Source: a virus
Reading direction: 5' to 3' (one strand)
DNA length: 64,000 nt
IMG/VR virus record: IMGVR_UViG_3300031669_000002
Coordinates: 113,975 to 177,974 of that record
Position numbers and translations under genes: made by a program. The notes under the pieces were generated by a model, which saw only the letters and a program-made list of their open reading frames with translations, had not been told where the DNA came from and did no database searches. Shown piece after piece: positions 1-10,900 of this stretch (the first letter of the stretch is position 1; each line of letters opens with the position of its first letter).

Positions 1-777
1 GATATTATTAAGAACATCTTTGTATTCTTGACTATCTACTAATGGACTAAGTTTTGCTCTCCATAAATGAGGATACCAAGTTGGGCTAAATCCTTCAGTT
101 GCCCAAGAACAATCTCCTACAACATAAAATCGTTTTAACGCTGTTTCGGCGTCTATCGCATAATCATCTTTAAGATGTAAAAATTCAAGCACGTCTCCGT
201 TCATAACACGACGAGACAAAATATCAACCATATCGTTATGGTGGAATGTCATTACTATTGTGCCGGTTTGTAAGAATAAGCCAAATTGTGTTAGGTCAAA
301 GTCGTTGTCTTGCCTTTGATATGATCCACGCATAACATATACATCTGGATCATATTTACGATCACGATTTTCTAAAAATAGTATATCTTGTATTGTTGTT
401 GGTGTAGGGTTTGGATTAGCTGGCTTGGTTGCATCGCTACTAAAACCGACCTGCGTATTTGCCGGTAATACTGCTGTAGTAGGAATAGACAACGTAACTG
501 ATGTGGGGCTAATACTTGACACAGTAGCACCAACAGGAATATTTGTGCCGTAAGCAAAATCTCCGATATTGATACCGGATGTAGATGGGAATGTCAGTGG
601 GCTGATAGTAGCTGCTTGAGTGACAGAAGTTACTACTTGCGTTCCTTGAGGAATCGGCCCAAGATACTTGTGGACAAGTATTTCTGTTGATCCCATTCTA
701 AACATTTCAGAGATAGTTTTGTCGAAGAACTTATAGTCCTTTCCCTTTTCCTGCTTCCATAAGCTTATTTTAGCCAC
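1..777 (-). CDS. Neck/head-completion protein (T4 gp14-like), runs off the window start
   Basis: Not in the ORF track. Manual translation from GTG at 777 (upstream AGGA) gives AKISLWKQEKGKDYKFFDKTISEMF...VHKYLG...RAKLSPLVDSQEYKDVL, matching the recalled neck-protein family of large T4-like phages. Divergent from the gp13 block. Confidence 0.6.
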   Translation of the reverse strand, partial: MAKISLWKQEKGKDYKFFDKTISEMFRMGSTEILVHKYLGPIPQGTQVVTSVTQAATISPLTFPSTSGINIGDFAYGTNIPVGATVSSISPTSVTLSIPTTAVLPANTQVGFSSDATKPANPNPTPTTIQDILFLENRDRKYDPDVYVMRGSYQRQDNDFDLTQFGLFLQTGTIVMTFHHNDMVDILSRRVMNGDVLEFLHLKDDYAIDAETALKRFYVVGDCSWATEGFSPTWYPHLWRAKLSPLVDSQEYKDVLNNI

Positions 778-822
778 GATTGCGTTCCTGTAAGTGTATG
801 ATGTATTTAGTGAAAATTTCGG

Positions 823-851
823 TTGACAAACGAGTTAAATGAGTGTATAAT
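823..851 (+). promoter_or_regulatory. Sigma70-type early promoter
   Basis: Perfect TTGACA-N17-TATAAT upstream of ORF 881. Confidence 0.85.
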
Positions 852-880
852 GTTTGTATTAAGTAATAAACTGAGAATAT

Positions 881-1084
881 ATGACTGAAATTAAACACTC
901 CGTTACTATTAACTCTACCCGAGATTATTGGGCAATGTTTCGTTGGTGCGAGGAATATGCAGGAAAAAAGAAGGTAGACTGGAAGATTCGCGTTAAGTAT
1001 CGTGGCGGTATTGTTCCCGCAGAAACTATATTTTTCTTTGCTGAAGAATCAATGGCAACATTGTTTACGCTAAAATGGATATGA
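881..1084 (+). CDS. Small hypothetical protein, 'F..E..AT.F.LKW' family
   Basis: 67 aa, C-terminus FFFAEESMATLFTLKWI, paralogs elsewhere in the window. Confidence 0.7.
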   Translation: MTEIKHSVTINSTRDYWAMFRWCEEYAGKKKVDWKIRVKYRGGIVPAETIFFFAEESMATLFTLKWI

Positions 1085-1347
1085 TCATAAAAACTGCAAT
1101 GGACTGGGATAGTGTATCAGATGGCCTGCTTCGTCAGATATCAACCATCAAAAATGGCAGGAAAAGAATGGAGGCAAGCAAAGTTCTTGCCAACATCGAG
1201 GGAATGATAACAAAACTGAGCCAACTGGAGCTTCAAGCCCGTCGATCGTCCTCACACAGCCCGAGACTGGTTAACGAACAGCTTGACATTATCAATCAAT
1301 CTGTGCTAGAATTAGAACAATGGATTACTCTTCTCCTTCTCTTATGA
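1075..1347 (+). CDS. Hypothetical protein
   Basis: 90-aa helical ORF coupled to its neighbours. The true start may be ATG 1081. Confidence 0.65.
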   Translation: MDMIIKTAMDWDSVSDGLLRQISTIKNGRKRMEASKVLANIEGMITKLSQLELQARRSSSHSPRLVNEQLDIINQSVLELEQWITLLLLL

Positions 1348-1353
1348 GGTGGT

Positions 1354-1638
1354 ATGATACAAGACAACGTAGTAAAATATTTAATCATGCCGCACAAGGT
1401 ATCTCTGACGGCATTAGCGTTTAATATGGAGTGGTTTACACAAGGACGAATATTTACAGAATATGAAAAATGGTGCCGACAAACTGTTGGCCCAGACAAC
1501 ATAGATTGGTGCAGGACTATTGGCCCAGACAAGGTAGATTGGTGCAGGACAAGGACAAGGCTTGGCAATACGGTGACAATGACCTTTCATTTCAAACGAG
1601 AAGAAGACGCAACAATGTTCGCGCTAAAATTTTTGTAA
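1354..1638 (+). CDS. Small hypothetical protein, 'F..EEDA..FALKF' family, with internal tandem repeat
   Basis: RBS GAGGTGG, repeat WCRxxxGPDxxD, C-terminus HFKREEDATMFALKFL. Confidence 0.75.
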   Translation: MIQDNVVKYLIMPHKVSLTALAFNMEWFTQGRIFTEYEKWCRQTVGPDNIDWCRTIGPDKVDWCRTRTRLGNTVTMTFHFKREEDATMFALKFL

Positions 1639-1653
1639 TAACAGGAGAACAAA

Positions 1654-2823
1654 ATGGCAAAATTAGTGGGAATTAAACTTCCAAAACCAAAGAAAGAAAA
1701 GAAAATTTCTACAAGTGTGCTTGAAGAAAAGCATGTAGGTTCAGAACCAAAGTGGGACACTGAGCGAGCTAAAAAGTTTGAGAAAGATGTGTTTGAACAC
1801 AATCTTCGTGCAAGCTTCCGCTATTACAATTATTTCTACAGCCAAAAAGACTTGAAGAAGCATGTCGTAGCGTGGGCACAGAAGAATATGGATCTGGATG
1901 CAAAAACGCTATCGCTGTATATCGCATCGAGCGCAGAAGCCACACCAATGACCGTATGCAGCTTGGTTAAGGCAGAGGCAGTTGGTATGCCAATGCTTAA
2001 AAAATATAAAGAATACATCACAAAAAGCATTCTGAATGCAATTGAAGAAACAAAATCAGAGCCGGCAGTTGTAGAGAAGGTTGTTGCAAAGACTGTTGCT
2101 CCTACTATTCAGGACAGATTAGCAGAAAAGACATCGGAGATCATCGGCGATCTTGAAGTTGAAGTCGACAATGCGTTTCTTAAGAAGCCAACAGGAAGTC
2201 CATACGACATCATCACCGCTAAAAACTTGGCACACGCCCAAGTCGGCAAAGTTCGCGAGCATTTCCAAAAGCAGATTGATGAACTTAGCGAACTTGTTGC
2301 CGGTCAAGACGAACAGTTAAACGAATCATACGGCTTTCTGAAGAATTCGGACATCAAACGCATCGGAGCATTTTATGTCAAACTGCTCGCTGATCTTGAT
2401 AGCTACAGCACCGTCAAGAAAGCGACAAAGAAACTGAAAATCAAACGACCACAAAACAAAGACAAGCTCGTCGCTAAAGTTCAGTATCTCAAAGAAAGCA
2501 AAGTTCTAAAGCTTGTTAGTGTTCCGCCAGCAGATATTATTGGCGCACAAGAGCTTTGGGTGTATCATACGAAACACAAAAAGTTGGGAAAGTATGTTGC
2601 CGACGATCATAGTGTATTGGGAGTTAAGGGAACAACTCTTACAGGATTTAGCGAATCAAAGTCGATGCAGAAGACTTTGCGTAAGCCAGAAGAACAGCTC
2701 GCCGCATTTATGAAGGCGGGCAAAGTTCAGCTGAGAACATTTCTTAAAGATATTAAAGCAGTTGAGACAAAGCTGACCGGCAGGTTAAACGCAGACACGT
2801 TGCTATTAAAAATCGAGAAATGA
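1654..2823 (+). CDS. Conserved phage hypothetical protein (389 aa)
   Basis: Strong RBS AGGAG and long ORF. No function recognised. Confidence 0.8.
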   Translation: MAKLVGIKLPKPKKEKKISTSVLEEKHVGSEPKWDTERAKKFEKDVFEHNLRASFRYYNYFYSQKDLKKHVVAWAQKNMDLDAKTLSLYIASSAEATPMTVCSLVKAEAVGMPMLKKYKEYITKSILNAIEETKSEPAVVEKVVAKTVAPTIQDRLAEKTSEIIGDLEVEVDNAFLKKPTGSPYDIITAKNLAHAQVGKVREHFQKQIDELSELVAGQDEQLNESYGFLKNSDIKRIGAFYVKLLADLDSYSTVKKATKKLKIKRPQNKDKLVAKVQYLKESKVLKLVSVPPADIIGAQELWVYHTKHKKLGKYVADDHSVLGVKGTTLTGFSESKSMQKTLRKPEEQLAAFMKAGKVQLRTFLKDIKAVETKLTGRLNADTLLLKIEK

Positions 2824-3059
2824 ACGAGTATTTAATTGTCGTGCCGATAAAAGAGGATACTGGTCCAGAACAGTTTCGCCACGACATATTTAAATACTAT
2901 GTTTCTGGAATACTTGATGACTTGGATATAGCGACGAGAAAGCTTTTTTGCTATACTTCTGATAGTCAGAGTTGGGTTATTTTCTGCTCTCCTGAACAAA
3001 TAACCATGCTTGTTCTTCAGCTGGGTGCAACGATTGTTAGAACTACAGTTAAAATATGA
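2820..3059 (+). CDS. Small hypothetical protein
   Basis: ATGA overlap with the upstream gene. C-terminal CSPEQITMLVLQ resembles the next ORF. Confidence 0.65.
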   Translation: MNEYLIVVPIKEDTGPEQFRHDIFKYYVSGILDDLDIATRKLFCYTSDSQSWVIFCSPEQITMLVLQLGATIVRTTVKI

Positions 3060-3262
3060 GATATCGCATTGCCTTCCCCACACTAACTTCTGCAGATGAG
3101 GAGGAGCAGATTCTCCTCGATTTAGGCATAAATCAATATATTAAGTGGTCTCTTTCATACTGGAATATCACTTGTTCTCCAGAGATATTAACGATGCTAA
3201 TATTAAAATATGATATTTCATATTATGATTTGTCAAGAGTAAGTCCGGAGAACTATCTCTAA
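3056..3262 (+). CDS. Small hypothetical protein
   Basis: ATGA overlap. CSPEILTMLILKY is paralogous to 2820 and 61385. Confidence 0.65.
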   Translation: MRYRIAFPTLTSADEEEQILLDLGINQYIKWSLSYWNITCSPEILTMLILKYDISYYDLSRVSPENYL

Positions 3263-3263
3263 G

Positions 3264-3271
3264 CATAAATA
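3264..3271 (+). promoter_or_regulatory. T4-type late promoter (xATAAATA/xCTAAATA); representative copy
   Basis: CATAAATA upstream of gp13. The (A/C)TAAATA core recurs before most late genes and HEGs (e.g. 4121, 12845, 20603, 22226, 36752, 37520, 40462, 42621, 44178). T4 gp55 consensus is TATAAATA. Confidence 0.75.
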
Positions 3272-3297
3272 GTAGTATTACACCAAGGAATACTACT

Positions 3298-4098
3298 ATG
3301 AGCGGACCAGGACTTACACCAGTTGACCCAAACCCAAGCCAACTAGAAACAATATCCAGAGCACATTCTGACATTATTGAATACACAAAAGCTCGCTTGG
3401 GCGATTCAATGATTGATGTTGACCTCGATAAAGGTGACTATGAAGTAGCCATCAAGCAGGCTCTACTTAGATATCGCCAAAGAGCAGAAAGGTCGGTTGA
3501 AGAATCATTTGCTTTCTTAGATTTGGTTCCCGACACGCAAGAATACTTCTTACCTAAAGAAGTTATGTCAGTAAAGCAAATATTCCGTCGTGGACTTGGT
3601 GGACTCGCCAATGCAACACAGTTTGAACCGTTTAGCTCGGGGTTCTTAAATACCTACATGTTGGTAGCTGGTCGTGTTGGCGGACTTACCAATTACGAAT
3701 TATTCGTAGACTATCAAAAGCTAACAATGACGATGTTTGGTGGCTATATCACATTTAACTACAACGATGCGACTAAAAAGCTGGTTATTCACCGTCGTAT
3801 GCCAGGTGAATATGAAGTAGAATCGGTTATGCTTTGGATCTATAACTACAAGCCAGATCAAGTTATTCTCAATGATTACAAGGCTTTTCCGTGGATTCAA
3901 GATTACGCTTATTCACTGTGCAAACACATGTTAGGCGAAGCGCGTGAAAAATATGCAACAATCAACGGCCCACAAGGCGGATCATCGTTAAACGGGACCG
4001 CAATGAAGACTGAAGCCAAAGCAGAGATGGATCAGTTGATTGTAGACTTAGGACAATATGTTGATGGATCGGCACCAATGTCATTTTTGATCGGGTAA
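3298..4098 (+). CDS. gp13: Neck protein (T4 gp13-like)
   Basis: Typical gp13 pattern: RLGDSMIDVDLD, WIQDYAYSLCKHMLGEAREKY, GGSSLNG..K.EA. Confidence 0.85.
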   Translation: MSGPGLTPVDPNPSQLETISRAHSDIIEYTKARLGDSMIDVDLDKGDYEVAIKQALLRYRQRAERSVEESFAFLDLVPDTQEYFLPKEVMSVKQIFRRGLGGLANATQFEPFSSGFLNTYMLVAGRVGGLTNYELFVDYQKLTMTMFGGYITFNYNDATKKLVIHRRMPGEYEVESVMLWIYNYKPDQVILNDYKAFPWIQDYAYSLCKHMLGEAREKYATINGPQGGSSLNGTAMKTEAKAEMDQLIVDLGQYVDGSAPMSFLIG

Positions 4099-4133
4099 TC
4101 TTTCGTAGTAGGATAACCAGCATAAATAAGAGT

Positions 4134-4958
4134 ATGAAAACAATACTCTTAAATATAATTAACGCTGATACTTCTTATAACAAGAATGCTACTCGATATC
4201 TCTATAAAACCCACCCGGACTTATGGAAGCAGGTAGTAGAAACTACTTGCTTTTTGCCAGAATCGGCGTTAGCCAAACAGCGAGTTTGGCACATTCTCAA
4301 TGAGATATATGATATACCTAGATGTCCGATAACCGGAGAAGAAGTTAAGTGGTTTTGTAACAGATATTTGGGCACCGCAAATGTATCGGCCAGAACAACA
4401 CTATTAAACAAATCTGGAAAACTAAACAATCGATCAGAAGAAACTAATAAAAAACGATCAGACTCTAATAGAAAAACTGCTGAGGATGGATTAAGAAAGC
4501 CCTCTACTATTTCTGAAGAGACAATAAGACTTCGCACAGAAAAAGCCAAAGAGACTTGTTTAGAGAAGTATGGCGTAGATAACATAAGAAAGTTGCCTGC
4601 TATTATAAAGAAAATACAAAAGAAGAAATATGACTGGCATATTGCCAATGGTGGCACACCAAGAGAACAGAGACCGCTTAAAGATTTGTATTATGATGCA
4701 GTAAATAGATTCACCAAAGAAAGTTGGGTAAATTACTTCGACAAGATCAACCCTCAACGACTAAATCGTTCTGAGTTTCCGCTTGATCACATCTATAGCA
4801 TTCACCAAGGATTTATGAATAATATTCCTCCATATATTATTGGACATTGGACTAACTTGCGTATTATCACGCTAATAGAAAACTCATCAAAGGGAAAACG
4901 ATGCAGCAAGTCTCAAGAAGCATTGTTCAAAGATTTTTTTGCCAACATAGGTAAATAA
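4134..4958 (+). mobile_element. Free-standing HNH homing endonuclease
   Basis: KETCLEKYGVDN repeat module, C-terminal LDHIYSI...HWTNLRII...ENSSKG, own late promoter. Confidence 0.75.
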
Positions 4959-4962
4959 TTAT

Positions 4963-5346
4963 ATGAGAGCAAAAGAATTTATAACTGAAGGTGGAACAGG
5001 ATCGTTGGCACCAGGAGTTGCAGATGCTCTTCCCGCAACTTGGGTCCTACCTGACCTTAAGAGCCAAGACCCCTACTTACAGTATCGCTTTGGTTTAGCA
5101 CTTGCCGCAGCAAGAGCGCAAGCAGCCGGTGAAGTATCTTACGCAGACGAAAGCATGTTTGGTGAGAAAATGGTTGTGATGGCCTATACACCAGAAGAAG
5201 AAAAAACACTCAATATGGCATTAGCTATGTATGGTAAAAATAATGCAAGCCAACTCATATCTACTCGCAGTTCATCAGAGGCAAGCGATGTTCAAAAACA
5301 TTCACCGGTAGCAAATATCAATCCGAAACGCAAAATCACATATTAA
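4963..5346 (+). CDS. Hypothetical virion-associated protein (MRAKEFITE family)
   Basis: Paralog of 19386..19742, sharing MRAxEFITEG, YRFG.A.A and SPVAN. Confidence 0.75.
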   Translation: MRAKEFITEGGTGSLAPGVADALPATWVLPDLKSQDPYLQYRFGLALAAARAQAAGEVSYADESMFGEKMVVMAYTPEEEKTLNMALAMYGKNNASQLISTRSSSEASDVQKHSPVANINPKRKITY

Positions 5347-5390
5347 CCAAAAACCTTGCTTTATCCTATCTAATCCTGTATTATGGATAT

Positions 5391-5900
5391 ATGAAAAATC
5401 AACGATGCCTTTATATAGATATGGACGACGTAGTTGCTGACTGGAATAAAGAAGCTCGCCGCTACTTAAAAAGAACTTGGGAATCCGGTGTATGGATACC
5501 AGAATCCGAATGGCAAAATTTAGAGGATCATAAAAGATTCTATCGAGACTTACCTCTTATGGAAGGCGCCGAAGAGCTAATTGCGTGGGCAAGAACATTT
5601 ACTGAGAAGAATAACATGCATTTGGCTTTCCTAACCGCATTGCCTAAAAACAACAAGATGCAATATGCAAGCTATGATAAGTTTCTTTGGGCACAAGAGC
5701 GTTTCCCAAATATTCCTGTATTCTTTGGCCCATACTCACACGACAAACACCATCACTGTCAACCGGGTGACATTCTAATCGACGACCGCACTTCAAACTG
5801 TGTAGAATGGCGACTTGTCGGAGGGATAGCTCATCAATACACAACATGGGAGAAATGTAAAGAATGGATCTTCCATAATTTGGACAATACAATAAAATGA
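5391..5900 (+). CDS. 5'(3')-deoxyribonucleotidase (HAD, NT5C family)
   Basis: LYIDMDDVVADW motif I, LTA motif II, ILIDDRTSNC motif IV. Confidence 0.85.
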   Translation: MKNQRCLYIDMDDVVADWNKEARRYLKRTWESGVWIPESEWQNLEDHKRFYRDLPLMEGAEELIAWARTFTEKNNMHLAFLTALPKNNKMQYASYDKFLWAQERFPNIPVFFGPYSHDKHHHCQPGDILIDDRTSNCVEWRLVGGIAHQYTTWEKCKEWIFHNLDNTIK

Positions 5901-6211
5901 GAATAACTTATATTGGTCCACCATTAGGAACTTCTGCTTGGGATAACACTATTATATTCGACGACGAGTTTGATAATGGGCTTGATATGGATAGTATGTG
6001 CTGTTGGGTTAGCAATACATTTAAGGAGAATTTTATTATCCTTGAGTATAGTGAGAAGAGCATCGCAGGAGGATGCTTAGATAATGCTAAAGCGTGGAAT
6101 GACGGATATGATAGCGATAGGTATATACTAATAGATAGATGGGAATTACGCTGCTCGTCAGAAGATGCAACCTTATTTCTACTAAAATACTCAAACAAGG
6201 AATCAGCATGA
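5897..6211 (+). CDS. Hypothetical protein ending in an 'EDATLFLLKY' motif
   Basis: Coupled to both neighbours by ATGA overlaps. Confidence 0.7.
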   Translation: MRITYIGPPLGTSAWDNTIIFDDEFDNGLDMDSMCCWVSNTFKENFIILEYSEKSIAGGCLDNAKAWNDGYDSDRYILIDRWELRCSSEDATLFLLKYSNKESA

Positions 6212-6822
6212 TTATCAGTCTAAGTGGTTTGATAGGAAGTGGCAAGGACACGGTGGCAGAAATGCTGGTAGAACAACACGGATTCACGCGAGACTCATTT
6301 GCAGGAACACTCAAAGATGCAGTATCCGCAATCTTCGGATGGAATAGAGAGATGCTTGAAGGTAAGACCAAGGAAGCAAGGGCACAACGAGAAATAGTTG
6401 ACCCGTGGTGGTCTGTTCGTCTTAATAACCCAGAATTATCGCCAAGATGGATTCTCCAACATTTTGGCACAGAGGTCTGCAGAACACATCTTCACACTGA
6501 TATCTGGGTTGCCAGTCTCGAAAACAAACTACGAAATCTAACTGAGGGAAATATTGTCATCAGTGATGCGCGGTTCACTAACGAACTCGATATGCTCAAA
6601 AATGCAGGAGCGCAGATGATATGTGTATCTCGAGGACCAAAGCCGTTTTGGTGGAATACGGCAATTCAAGCTCATACTACGCCCGAAGCAATGGCCAAAA
6701 TGATTGCACTTGATATACACAAAAGCGAGTGGGATTGGGCAGATTATAACTTTGACCTACATATCAATAATAACAAAAGCCTAGTTGAGTTAGAACAAAC
6801 CGTCGATCTTTTAGTAGATTAA
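6208..6822 (+). CDS. gp1: Deoxynucleoside monophosphate kinase (T4 gp1-like)
   Basis: MIISLSGLIGSGKDT P-loop, SFA..LKDAV, SPRWILQHFGTEV, ISDARF.NE. Start moved to ATG 6208 behind AAGGA. Confidence 0.9.
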   Translation: MIISLSGLIGSGKDTVAEMLVEQHGFTRDSFAGTLKDAVSAIFGWNREMLEGKTKEARAQREIVDPWWSVRLNNPELSPRWILQHFGTEVCRTHLHTDIWVASLENKLRNLTEGNIVISDARFTNELDMLKNAGAQMICVSRGPKPFWWNTAIQAHTTPEAMAKMIALDIHKSEWDWADYNFDLHINNNKSLVELEQTVDLLVD

Positions 6823-7172
6823 AAATCAGGAGTTAACTTTTCTCTGCCGTCTGGCTTCCATCCTAAACTACTATACTGAATTTCAATCGCACAATTAGCA
6901 CAAATCGTCTTTAAGTTAAACCAATCATTATTAGCAGAATTGCCATCTAGGTGGTAGACTGCTGACTGTTCCGTGTGTTTAAATCTAAATCCACACTTCT
7001 CGCATTTATCCTTCTTCTTATATCCTGTTCTTAGCCATCCTGCCGGAAGAGGTTTCTTCTTCTTTCGATAACATTGGTCACACTTATTTCGGTAATATGT
7101 CTTACCGTATTTAATATAATTTACTGCTACGGGTTTAACGTGACAGCAGGGACATAGTTTACGCTCTAGCAT
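6819..7172 (-). CDS. Small zinc-binding HNH endonuclease
   Basis: CxxC pairs and HLDGNSANNDWFNLKTICANC. Confidence 0.8.
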   Translation of the reverse strand: MLERKLCPCCHVKPVAVNYIKYGKTYYRNKCDQCYRKKKKPLPAGWLRTGYKKKDKCEKCGFRFKHTEQSAVYHLDGNSANNDWFNLKTICANCAIEIQYSSLGWKPDGREKLTPDF

Positions 7173-7289
7173 ATAGTATTTAGTGAAGGCACTTTATAAA
7201 GTGCCTTCTACGGCGCCTGTTTTTGCCATAATGGCATAAATATTACTAACAAGTAATTTAACTATTACACACCAATTTTAGGAGAGACA

Positions 7290-7976
7290 ATGCTATATCA
7301 TTTTACATATAAGACAACAAACACAATTAATGATAAGTCTTATTATGGAAAACATTCAACCACTAATCTAGAGGATGGATATCTGGGATCAGGACTAAAT
7401 CTATCTCGTGCGATTAAAAAATATGGTAGAGAAGTATTTACAACTGAAATTCTCTTCTTTTATGAAAACACAGAAGAGTTAAACAATGCCGAAAAAGAAT
7501 TAATTACCGAAGAGATGATCAACTCTAATACGACATATAATATTGCAGTTGGCGGCCAAGGAGGAAATCTGGGATTGTTAGTTAATAAGAAAATATCTCA
7601 AAAAACTAAAGGAGTTAAAAAAGGGCCATGTTCAGACACACATAGAAAAAATATGAGACTTGCTAAACTTGGGTATGTCTTCTCAGACGAAAGTTTAAAG
7701 AGAAGATCTACCACAGTCAAAGAAAAAAATGCAAAATTGACTAGACGTGAAAAAGCAATCGGTTCAAGATCTTCAGGAGAAAAGAATGGATTTTATAATA
7801 AATCACACTCTGCTGAATTTAAAGAAAATCAAAGAAATCGTTTATTGACTCGTTCTATTCCAATAAGTGCTAAATCAGTCACTATTAACGGGATAACTTA
7901 TTCAATGATGATGACAGCAATGAAAGAACTTGGCGTCAATAGACGCACACTACTTAAATTAATAGGAGAAAAATAA
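7290..7976 (+). mobile_element. GIY-YIG (Seg-like) homing endonuclease
   Basis: FTYKTTN...YYGKHST...YLGSG...AEKELI...YNIAVGG, NUMOD3-like tail. Confidence 0.85.
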
Positions 7977-10900
7977 TGCTAGTATCCCCAGGACAAGAAA
8001 TCACTATTATTGACGACAGTCAATATGTTTCATCAAGCGTAGGAACCGTTCCTTTTATCTTACTTGCAACAGCACAAGATAAGACATTCCAAGGACTTCC
8101 AGCAGCATATACATCTAAAGCAAATGCAGGACAACTATTGTCTTTTAGCAGTCAGCGTGATATGATTACTAATCTTGGTTATCCACTATTCAAACAAAGC
8201 TCGGCAGGAACACCGCTAAACGCATATGAAACAAACGAATATGGTTTAATGGCTGGTTACAGTGCAATGGGCGTAAGCAATAAGTCATACGTTATTCGTG
8301 CTGACATTGACCTAGCTCAACTAGAAGGAACAGCAGTTCGTCCAATAGGGTTACCATTGAATGGAACAATGTGGTTAGATACTGCTGATTCAACTTGGGG
8401 AATTTATGAATGGAATGCAACTACGCAAAGTTATGTAAATCGTATTCCGTTAGTTATAACTGATCCTACTGAAGTATCTGGTACACCGCCATTGCCACTG
8501 CCATCAATTGGGTCAATTGATTCTTATGCAGTTATTGCGTTATCAGCTACAGCAACAACATCAGCATATAATAACATTTGCTACAAAGGGTCTGATAATC
8601 AATGGACGCATGTTGGTAATCCAGCAGCGCCTGAATCACCATCTTGGCAAAATGAATGGCCAGCAGTTACTGGCAATGTTGCCGCTGTTGGTGGCAACTT
8701 TACCGGACTCACTACTCAAACTCTAGTATTAAATAATGTTATAATTACTGCTATCTCAACAAGTTTAACCAACACAGTACAACAAATTAATACTGCTGGA
8801 ATTACCGGAGTATCAGCAGCAGCAGTTAACAATCAACTTGCATTATATGCAACATCAGTTGCAACTAACGGAGAAGTTACTATTGCTGCAAACTCAACAG
8901 CACTGTCGACTTTGGGATTAACTTCCGGAACCTATGCAGCGCCAGCAATTCAATACGGTAGCTATGTTTCTGTACCAGACTGGAGGAGCACAGATGCAAC
9001 TCCTCGTCCTACTGGAAGCGTTTGGTTCAAAACCTCTACATTAGGAAGCGGCACAAACTTTGTTCTTAAAGAATTTAACGCAAACAATGATGCTTGGACA
9101 TCAATCGCTACACCAATTTACGCAGACGATGCAGATGCAATCTATAACTTAGATCCAACTGCTGGCGGAAGCAACATTCAAGCAGGAACAGTGTATGTTC
9201 AGCAAGATGCACTATTTGGTGGCAGTACTACTGTTGGCACAGGATCATTCCTTTTCTTAGATAGAACAACACAGGGCGCATTAACTATAACTGGCTCAAA
9301 CACTTCGCCGACATTTAATAACACAGTTGATAATATTACTGTGTCGGTAACACAGGTTGGAGTTGCTGGTTGGTTAACTGCAACAGCAAACATATCTGGC
9401 AATACTGCTCAGGCTTTTGTAAGCACAATATCGTCGCTTAATCTGCCATACTTAGTTGCTACTGTTACTGGAACTGGCGCAATTTCATTATCACATGCTG
9501 CGGGTGGTTCAATTAAGCTTTCACAAACAGGATTAAGTGACACATTAGCAAAAGCAGGATTTATTGGTGCAACTGGTGTTACATTAATACCAGGCACATC
9601 TGCCCCTCAATATCTGGCAAGTAACTTTACTAAGTTGTTATACACTGCTCAGTCACTGACTCCGTATACTGCACCTGCAGATGGAACGCTATGGTTCTTT
9701 AATAGTCCACTTGATGTAGATATTATGGTTAATGACTTAGGTGGATGGAAAGGATATAAGAATGTTACTCTTGATGCTAGAGGATATAATTTATCTAATA
9801 CAGACCCACTTGGACCAATTATGTCGCCTACTGCACCAATTACGCAAACAGACAATACTCCATTGGTTCCAGGAGATTTATGGGTTAACACAGGCGAATT
9901 AACTAATGCTCCTGTTATTTCAAGATATACAGGTACTTCGTGGTCTTTGATCAATAATGCAGACTCTGTTGATCAAAACGGTATTGTATTTGCTGATGCA
10001 CGTTGGGACACAACTGGAACAACTGATCCTGTAGCTGGAAACTATCCATCAATAGTAGCATTGCAGTCAAGCAACTACCTTGATATAGATGCACCGGATT
10101 ATCGCTTGTATCCACGAGGCACGTTATTGTTTAACCTACGTCGTTCAGGATATAACGTTAAACACTTTGTGGCAGACTATTTTAATACTACTGCATTTTC
10201 GGTAGCTGGTTGGACTGCAACTACCGCCTACACAGCTGGAACAAAGGTGGTGTATGAAGGCGTTATTTACGTTGCAGTAACAAGCTCGACTAACCAAACA
10301 CCGTTAGCAAATCCAACGTATTGGGCAACATTAGAATCAGCAACTTGGGTTACCTCAAGCGGCCTACAAAATAATGGCGCACCATATATGGGTGCAGGTG
10401 CTCAACGCGCAATGGTAGTTAAAGCTCTTAAAGCAGCAATTGATGGTAGCGACACATTACGTGAAGAAAGCTTCCAATTCAACTTAATTACTTGCCCAGG
10501 ATATCCAGAATTGATTCCTGATATGGTTAATTTGAATAATGATCGTAAGAACACTGCTTTCGTTATCGGCGACACCCCAATGCATTTGGCAGCAAACGGA
10601 ATAGATGTTACAAATTGGTCAACCGATGCAAACGGAGACGGACTAGCAACAGCAGATCCATACATGGGTGTTTACTATCCATCAGGTTTAACTACAGACT
10701 TGTCAGGCAACAACATTGTTGTGCCACCAAGCCACATGGTTCTTCGTGCTGCTATTAAGAGCGATAACGTATCGTATCCGTGGTTCGCTTTTGCAGGAAC
10801 ACGTCGTGGTTTAGTTGACAACTGTTCAGACATTGGATATGTTGATGCTAACTTAGGTGAGTTTGTACGCAACGGTATTAACCAAGGGATGCGTGATACT

